From the IMG/VR virus record IMGVR_UViG_3300032288_001772, positions 1 to 33,679 of that record: 33,679 bases of DNA; one strand, written 5' to 3'. Source of the stretch: a virus (Duplodnaviria; Caudoviricetes). Shown piece by piece: positions 28,333-33,679 of the stretch. The position numbers and the translations under genes were made by a program. The notes under the pieces were generated by a model. It made no database searches and had not been told where the DNA came from. It saw nothing but the letters and a program-made list of their open reading frames with translations. Positions within the stretch are counted from its first letter, which is position 1, and each line of letters opens with the position of its first letter.

Positions 28333-28652
28333 CGTTCCCTCTCCACCAAATCGCGCACTTGCTTGCGCATGATGTTCCATGCGTTGCACCAGCCGCAGAC
28401 CTCGCCGGAACTGTCCCAAATGCCCGGCTTCATGTGGCGATGGGAGGGAGCGTTGCCTTCAGGGCGTCCATCAAAGTACCTATCGCTGACGCCGCAGCGC
28501 AAAACTTCCTCGGCGGCATCAAGCAGGTTCTGCATCCGGTCAAAGTGCATCAGCACCCGGTGACTAAGCTGCCGCAGTCCGGCCCAGCTAATATTCTTAT
28601 CCGTCTCTCCGCGAAAGTCCTTCAGGATTTCTTCAAGCTGCTCTTTCTTCAC
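28329..28652 (-). CDS. Hypothetical protein with H-x-H and CxxC
   Basis: GTG start overlaps the initiator stop; contains HRHMKPGIWD...CGWC. Confidence 0.6.
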   Translation of the reverse strand: MKKEQLEEILKDFRGETDKNISWAGLRQLSHRVLMHFDRMQNLLDAAEEVLRCGVSDRYFDGRPEGNAPSHRHMKPGIWDSSGEVCGWCNAWNIMRKQVRDLVERER

Positions 28653-29416
28653 GACGATCCCCCTCTTTTCGTTCGGTACGCCACGCACTCGGTGCAGGCA
28701 CACGCCAAGCTTCCCAAGGGCATGTTGGGCATGTGGGTGACAGGCTTCTGGTAGACGGAGGTCTTCTTGGCCACCCACTCAGCCTTGAATCCCACCCAGC
28801 CGCGTAGGACACACTCCGACACGGCATCTTTCAGTTCCCAGCCAGCCTTCTGGGCCTCCCCCTCGATCAGGCGCAATGCGCCGGAGGTCAGGGGTGCCCG
28901 CTTGGCGCGGCGCAACTGCACGAAGTTAATCCAGAGGGCCTCGGGCACCGAGTCGGGGCGTTGCGCCTCCGACAGGGAGCGGGCGGTGTATTCTCTCTTC
29001 TCTGGTTTTGGTTTTGGTTTTGGTTGGTTGGACGTTTGTTCAACGTCCGTTGAACGTTCGTTGGACGGCTGTTGAACGTCCGTTGGCGGAACGCTCTGGC
29101 GACGCGCTGCGGAGGCTAGGCCAGCCTTGGCTGCCTTGGCGGACTTGTCCCGGTACTGCTGGAGGGTGTCCTCGACGCGCTTGTTGGTCCAGCCACGACC
29201 CTCGACGAGCACAAAGAACTCGCCCAGAACGGCCTTCACCTCGGCCTCGTTCGACGGCAGCCCAACCTGTCGTGCAACGACCGTTGGACATTCGTTCAAC
29301 GGACGTTCCTGTAAGTAGTACCAGTCTAGCATCCTGCGGTAAGCCAAATCCTCCAGCGGCGTTAAGTGACGGGTGTGCGCGGCGTAGTCGCCAACGTGGA
29401 ATGGGTAGTATTTCAC
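28649..29416 (-). CDS. Replication initiator, YdaU/DUF1376 family
   Basis: YYPFHVGDY...T.HL..LE..AYRR.LD.YY N-terminus, an iteron-bearing linker and a C-terminal RGW.GFKA.W domain. Confidence 0.85.
   Translation of the reverse strand: MKYYPFHVGDYAAHTRHLTPLEDLAYRRMLDWYYLQERPLNECPTVVARQVGLPSNEAEVKAVLGEFFVLVEGRGWTNKRVEDTLQQYRDKSAKAAKAGLASAARRQSVPPTDVQQPSNERSTDVEQTSNQPKPKPKPEKREYTARSLSEAQRPDSVPEALWINFVQLRRAKRAPLTSGALRLIEGEAQKAGWELKDAVSECVLRGWVGFKAEWVAKKTSVYQKPVTHMPNMPLGSLACACTECVAYRTKRGGSS
29028..29093. repeat. Six tandem 11-bp iteron-like repeats (TTG[A/G]ACGNNNG), putative origin A
   Basis: TTGGACGTTTG TTCAACGTCCG TTGAACGTTCG TTGGACGGCTG TTGAACGTCCG TTGGCGGAACG, next to a (TGGTTT)n tract. Confidence 0.8.
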
Positions 29417-29426
29417 GGTGGCTGCC

Positions 29427-29627
29427 TCAGGCGCTACGGCCACCCTTCATCAGGTCCCGCAGCAACTGCCGACGTTTCCGAACGCCTTCCGCCGTGCGAG
29501 CATTTGAGCAAGAGACGCACGTGCAGTTGATGATCCAACGTAAGGTGCCGCCACAAACCTTGCAGGGCTTCCCTTCGTACTTGGTCTGGCCTTCCATCGC
29601 GGCCTTGGTTCTGGGTGATTCGTTCAT
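29427..29627 (-). CDS. Small Cys-rich (zinc-finger) protein, copy A
   Basis: YEGKPCKVCGGTLRW..NCTCVSC. Confidence 0.75.
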   Translation of the reverse strand: MNESPRTKAAMEGQTKYEGKPCKVCGGTLRWIINCTCVSCSNARTAEGVRKRRQLLRDLMKGGRSA

Positions 29628-29634
29628 GGCCCCC

Positions 29635-29662
29635 TGCATACGGGGCAGCGTGGCACGGTCAA
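29635..29662 (-). promoter_or_regulatory. Candidate sigma70 promoter for module A
   Basis: TTGACC-N16-TATGCA-N7-ATG. Confidence 0.4.
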
Positions 29663-29809
29663 CCAGAAAGAGCACAATCTTCCGCTGGCAGGCGGGGTTG
29701 AGGCCCAGTCGCCGACTAACGCACCGCAATATTAGTTGACCATTTAATTAACTCGGCCATTTTTGATCGAAAGTGGCCCAACTTCCATCAAAAAGATCGA
29801 ACCGAAAGT

Positions 29810-30043
29810 TTAGCTATTCTCAGAAGACGCAGCCTTCTTGCCGCAATCGAAGGCCACGCTGACCCCCATGGTCATCCATTGCAAAAATAACATTCGGACA
29901 TGCTCGCCATGTTCGTACGCTTCGTTTGTGTCGGAAAACTTGCACAAGTCATGTAGCGATTTGCTAACCGCTTGCGCCAGAGCAGCAAACTCTGGCCGCT
30001 TACCAACGGCGGTTTCGTAAATCTTAGCTTCCTCAATGTTCAC
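29810..30043 (-). CDS. Hypothetical protein
   Basis: 77-aa ORF with SD GAGGGG. Confidence 0.6.
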   Translation of the reverse strand: MNIEEAKIYETAVGKRPEFAALAQAVSKSLHDLCKFSDTNEAYEHGEHVRMLFLQWMTMGVSVAFDCGKKAASSENS

Positions 30044-30096
30044 GTTTTTGTCCCCTCTATCAAAAGTTGGCGGCGAACTTTGAATAGCGCCGCTGG

Positions 30097-30360
30097 CTAT
30101 TCAGTTCGTCCGCACAACGCAGCCTTCAGAGCCGCCCATTCGTCCCTTCCCGGTTGCACTGATACATAGCGGAGCCTGCTGTCGATGTCCTCGGCTTCGT
30201 TTGCTGCGACCTCTTTCGCCGCCTCCTCGATCCTTCGCAGCCTGCGGATTTCTGCGGTCATTTCTGCAATGATTTCGGCAGCTAAACGATTCAGACAACT
30301 AGCGTCTAACAGCTGGGTTTTTACAATGCTTGCTTGGAACAAATATTTTTCGTCTATCAT
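30097..30360 (-). CDS. Hypothetical protein
   Basis: 87-aa ORF with ATGA overlap and SD AAGGAG. Confidence 0.6.
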   Translation of the reverse strand: MIDEKYLFQASIVKTQLLDASCLNRLAAEIIAEMTAEIRRLRRIEEAAKEVAANEAEDIDSRLRYVSVQPGRDEWAALKAALCGRTE

Positions 30361-30572
30361 GGCTTTGTCTCCTTTGCCGCAAGAGCATCCTTAAGCTGTT
30401 GCCGCAGACTGCGCACCTCGGCGAGCAGTTGGGGCACCTGATCGGCAAGCCATTGATCGCAGCAGCATCGGCTGTACCACTTTCCGCAGCCGACGCAGTC
30501 GGTGCTTTGCTCCCCAGTTCCCGGGGTTTCGCGTAGTTCTACTCGCTGCTGAATCTTGTCGATGTCGATCAT
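30357..30572 (-). CDS. Hypothetical protein (Cys-rich; VPQLLAEVRSLR)
   Basis: 71-aa ORF with SD AGGA. Confidence 0.6.
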   Translation of the reverse strand: MIDIDKIQQRVELRETPGTGEQSTDCVGCGKWYSRCCCDQWLADQVPQLLAEVRSLRQQLKDALAAKETKP

Positions 30573-30663
30573 GGCTTCCTATTCCTATTCCAATGGGCTA
30601 GGGCAAACAGGCCCATGAGCGCCACGCTGGTGGCGAACAAGGCCCTAGTGATCGGGTGCATGG

Positions 30664-30891
30664 CTAGGATCTCCCATTAACGAAGATCGGGGTGCCATCG
30701 CCCAGCCACGCCCCCGAGATGTTGTAGTCGAAGTGCTCCCAAGCCTCCTCCTCGGTCATGCCGTTGTCCTTGACCAGGATCTCGACCACCTTCTCGGCGC
30801 TGTACACCAGGACGTGCAGCCCGCGGTCGGTGAGGTAGGCGGTGCCCAGCTTGGCACCGTCGAACATCTCTGGAAGCTCCAGCGTTTCCAT
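30664..30891 (-). CDS. Conserved-type small phage protein
   Basis: FD.A..G...VYS..K..EIL....MT.EEA.E.FDYNI.GAW.G..TPIF pattern. Confidence 0.75.
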   Translation of the reverse strand: METLELPEMFDGAKLGTAYLTDRGLHVLVYSAEKVVEILVKDNGMTEEEAWEHFDYNISGAWLGDGTPIFVNGRS

Positions 30892-30893
30892 GG

Positions 30894-31739
30894 TTAGTCA
30901 GTGCAGTTGCAGGGAAGGCCGTCTTCTTGGACAGGGTCATCAAACAGCCATCCCTGTCGCTTCACCAGCAAAGCCAACGCCTCGTACTTGGGACGATCAA
31001 GCCTAAACACCTTTCCGTTTCCGGTTGCAGCAATATCCGTCCTAGACTCTTGCTTGATCCACCACTCAGCCGAATCTGGCTCTGCTTTCATAATCTTCAG
31101 CAGGCGTTCCTTGGTTTTGAGAAAGCACAAGGAGCAGTTGCCAAAGCTGTTGTCGCCGCCTGGTAGCTGAAGATCAAAATTGTTGTTCTTCCAGAACTCA
31201 AGGACGTGGGTCACGTCGTGGCCCGCTGCGTACATGGGGCACTCGATTTCCTCGGCGGCTGTGTCGCCCTTGATCTTGGCAACCCGCCTAGGTTCGTCAG
31301 CTCGCAGGCCGATGGAACAAGTCCAGGAGTCCCAGCCCAAACTACGGCAAAACCGTTTGCCAGTTCTGATCTTCAGCTCTGAGGTGCAGAACCTTTGCTG
31401 CGGGTTAGGCAAGGAGCCCTTGGCTTTGATCAGGTCGGCAAACGGTTCCCCGTTTCGAGAGGCCGTCTCGTAGTTGACCACTTTAAAGCTGTGTTCGTCG
31501 TTGACCCGCTGGTATTCTAGCCAAACGAGCGGCCTCCAGTTGGTTTCGATGTCTCTCAGAAAATCGTAGGTCTTGGGGTGCTCAAGGCCGGTGTTGCAGA
31601 AGACTGGGATCACGTCATCCGGCAACTTGCCGTCGTAAGCCTCAAGGACCTTGTGAAGCATGAACCCGCTGGTTCTGCCCCCTGACACGTTGATGAGTGC
31701 AGGGCCTTCAATCCGGTATGGGTTCCTTGTGGCGTTCAT
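30894..31739 (-). CDS. Phosphoadenosine phosphosulfate reductase-family (PP-loop) protein
   Basis: PP-loop SGGRTS, FCNTG.EH..T, RFCT.ELK, IGLRADE..R, NC..CFLK and C-terminal C.C.D motifs. ATG 31739 overlaps the upstream stop. Confidence 0.85.
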   Translation of the reverse strand: MNATRNPYRIEGPALINVSGGRTSGFMLHKVLEAYDGKLPDDVIPVFCNTGLEHPKTYDFLRDIETNWRPLVWLEYQRVNDEHSFKVVNYETASRNGEPFADLIKAKGSLPNPQQRFCTSELKIRTGKRFCRSLGWDSWTCSIGLRADEPRRVAKIKGDTAAEEIECPMYAAGHDVTHVLEFWKNNNFDLQLPGGDNSFGNCSLCFLKTKERLLKIMKAEPDSAEWWIKQESRTDIAATGNGKVFRLDRPKYEALALLVKRQGWLFDDPVQEDGLPCNCTD

Positions 31740-32458
31740 GCGGTCACCGTCCTCTTCGCCCGGTACTGGACACAGCCCTGGCAGTTGCAGGCTGCGGTCC
31801 CCAAGGGCATGTTCGGCATGTGCTGGACATCCTTGGACAGCGGCTTGCCGTTGATGGTCTTGGTCACCCAGTCGGCCTTGAAGCCCTGCCAGCCCCTGAC
31901 CACGCATTCCTTGATGGCAGCCTCCAAGGTCCACCCAGCCTTCTCCGCCTCGGCCTTGATGCCGTCCAAGGCCACCTCGGTCATGGGGGCCTTCTTGGCC
32001 TTGCGCACGGCTAGGTAGTCCTTCCAAAGGTTCTCAGGAACGTCCGAAGGACAAGGAAGAGAATACAGCGACCGCGTAGCGGGAGCCTCTTCTCTTCTCT
32101 CCTCTTCTCTTCTCTTCTCTAGGCTAGCAGGTTGATAGCACTCTGCTAGCAGGTTGCTAGCAGGTTGCTCCGGTTCTGCTAGCACGTTGCTAGCACTCTG
32201 CTCCAGCCATGGAGAGAGTCTTGTAAGTAGCTTGCTGGTATCGGCTTCCTTCATTCTCAGCCTGAAGGCCAGTTGCTTGAGGTGTGGCAGTTGCCCTTTG
32301 TCCTCAGCGGCGATGAGCCAGAGCATGATGAGTGCCTTGGCATCGTCCCCCGACAGGTTGTGCCACTCCACGTCGTCCAGGATGGACTTGTAGAGCTTGA
32401 TCCAGTGGGGGCTACGGTCCTTGTAGTGCTGGAACTTCTCCCAGTTCTTGATCTTCAC
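31736..32458 (-). CDS. Second replication initiator (replisome-organiser-type N-terminus)
   Basis: IKNWEKFQHYKDR.P.WIKLY..IL.D.EW..L N-terminus, an iteron linker and a C-terminal domain paralogous to 28649-29416. Confidence 0.8.
   Translation of the reverse strand: MKIKNWEKFQHYKDRSPHWIKLYKSILDDVEWHNLSGDDAKALIMLWLIAAEDKGQLPHLKQLAFRLRMKEADTSKLLTRLSPWLEQSASNVLAEPEQPASNLLAECYQPASLEKRREEERREEAPATRSLYSLPCPSDVPENLWKDYLAVRKAKKAPMTEVALDGIKAEAEKAGWTLEAAIKECVVRGWQGFKADWVTKTINGKPLSKDVQHMPNMPLGTAACNCQGCVQYRAKRTVTA
32123..32207. repeat. Seven to eight tandem 11-bp iteron-like repeats (GCTAGCANNNT), putative origin B
   Basis: GCTAGCAGGTT GATAGCACTCT GCTAGCAGGTT GCTAGCAGGTT GCTCCGGTTCT GCTAGCACGTT GCTAGCACTCT, next to a (CTCTT)n tract at 32087-32120. 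Confidence 0.85.
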
Positions 32459-32658
32459 TTGCCCTCAGCCTCCCTCTGGAGTCGGCCCTGGCGGGCTCTC
32501 TCCCTGGCCTTGCGCTGGCAAGTCTTAGCCCGTTCGCAACTGCACTTGACGCAGTCGCAGTTGACGGCGTAGCGGAGGGTCCCCCCGCATCGCCTGCATG
32601 CCCTACCCTCGTATCGCGGCTCTCCAGCGGCGATAGCAACTTCTCTGTTTGTAGCCAT
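32455..32658 (-). CDS. Small Cys-rich (zinc-finger) protein, copy B
   Basis: YEGRACRRCGGTLRY..NCDCVKC; paralog of 29427-29627. Confidence 0.75.
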   Translation of the reverse strand: MATNREVAIAAGEPRYEGRACRRCGGTLRYAVNCDCVKCSCERAKTCQRKARERARQGRLQREAEGK

Positions 32659-32665
32659 GGCATGG

Positions 32666-32694
32666 AGGCTACACCAATACCCAAACCATTTCAA
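32666..32694 (-). promoter_or_regulatory. Sigma70 promoter for module B (likely leaderless)
   Basis: TTGAAA-N17-TAGCCT-N7-ATG. Confidence 0.6.
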
Positions 32695-33620
32695 GCATCT
32701 GTCGCATCGAACACTGGCCTAGCCGTGTGAGGCACCACGACCTTGCGCTGCATGGGCCTCTCCCCCCTCGGCTCCGCATGCGTCAGCGGCCTGACCCCGT
32801 AGCTCATTCCACACACCTCCAACAAGATCTTTCTTGCGACAAACCTGGTACCTAAAGGCACAACAGATTGGGTCTCCAGATAGGCCACATACTTCACAAA
32901 TGTCCGGTAACCTCCAAGCATCCTACGGAGTCTGGTATCAATCTTGACCGGGTCCGCTCGCGGTGGCTCACACCAACGAGCTGCAAGCATCGCTCGCTCA
33001 AACATCCGCCTACGCCAAGCCTCACTCTTCTCCTCCAGGTACCGAGGCTCTAACCGATACCGCTCCAACAACCACAACGGCGGTAACCACCAACTGCCGT
33101 CCTGGTACCCCTCAAACATCGGGTACTCACTCACAGGATACGTGGCCGCAACCGACCGCGGAGACACCGACTTCCACTTCTCATACGCCGTTAACGGGTA
33201 CCGCGTACCAACCGCACGATACGCATCCGCGTGAGGCACCCCTGGCACCACATACACCGACTGAGGCACATACCGCAAAGGTGTGTCCAGAGCAAACGGC
33301 GGTAACGCTATACGGGACGTGGAGAGAGGGGGTGAACCTATACAGGACGTAGAGATGGAGAGAGGGGGGACCCTATCTATGTTTGTTGGGTCCCCCCCGC
33401 GCCGGGCTGGGTACGGGGATGGGTAGGTGGGCGTACCCCCACCCCCACCCGCCGCCACGCCGCGCCCCTCGCTAGGCTGCGCAGGATGGCAAGGGACGGG
33501 CGAACGGTGCGGTGCGTCTCCCTCACCGGGCGAGGGAAGGAAGGCGCTGCGGTGCGCTCCCTGGAAGGCGAGGGAAGGCGAGGATGCGAGGGAGGGAAGG
33601 CGAGACTGGCAACCCCCCAC
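32691..33620 (-). CDS. Possible hypothetical protein; start uncertain, probably well downstream of 33620
   Basis: Long open frame. The N-terminal third is translated repeat DNA; the part from about 33270 down looks more protein-like. Confidence 0.35.
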   Translation of the reverse strand: MGGCQSRLPSLASSPSLAFQGAHRSAFLPSPGEGDAPHRSPVPCHPAQPSEGRGVAAGGGGGTPTYPSPYPARRGGDPTNIDRVPPLSISTSCIGSPPLSTSRIALPPFALDTPLRYVPQSVYVVPGVPHADAYRAVGTRYPLTAYEKWKSVSPRSVAATYPVSEYPMFEGYQDGSWWLPPLWLLERYRLEPRYLEEKSEAWRRRMFERAMLAARWCEPPRADPVKIDTRLRRMLGGYRTFVKYVAYLETQSVVPLGTRFVARKILLEVCGMSYGVRPLTHAEPRGERPMQRKVVVPHTARPVFDATDA

Positions 33621-33679
33621 CGCAACCGCAATCGCCCGCCCAATAGCGGATCGCTGGCTCCGCGCACGGCCATGGGCAG

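Noticed and set aside
30894-31739. Dnd/Ssp phosphorothioation system
   Set aside because: Only one PP-loop gene is present, with no DndA/D/E or Ssp partners.
29028-32207. 11-bp repeat arrays as CRISPR
   Set aside because: The units are contiguous with no spacers, lie inside coding sequence, and there are no cas genes.
14265-33201. Other GTACCCGT copies on the minus strand (14265-14272, 33194-33201)
   Set aside because: They lie inside ORFs and lack the TAnnnT and start-codon geometry.

Overview
The window is a 33.7-kb piece of a GC-rich tailed-phage genome with podovirus architecture resembling BPP-1/BcepC6B/epsilon15. All family calls come from recognising motifs by eye; no searches were run. 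It has three blocks. (1) 1-23143, minus strand: a packaging and virion operon. In order it encodes TerS, TerL, a GNAT protein, portal, an accessory structural block, a Bbp19-like protein, scaffold, major capsid, two cement paralogs, a tail adaptor fused to an SGNH/SASA esterase, a nozzle and three ejection proteins, the last truncated. (2) 23294-28147, plus strand: an early operon of small hypothetical genes ending in an i-type-like lysozyme. It has a sigma70-type promoter, a boxA-like leader and two complete type III hammerhead ribozymes that bracket a 1,541-nt, six-ORF segment. (3) 28222-33679, minus strand: a replication region with two parallel modules (promoter, Cys-rich small gene, initiator with its own 11-bp iterons) and a PAPS-reductase-family gene. 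The most notable features are the paired hammerheads, the dual initiator/origin modules and the esterase-adaptor fusion with a candidate internal start.
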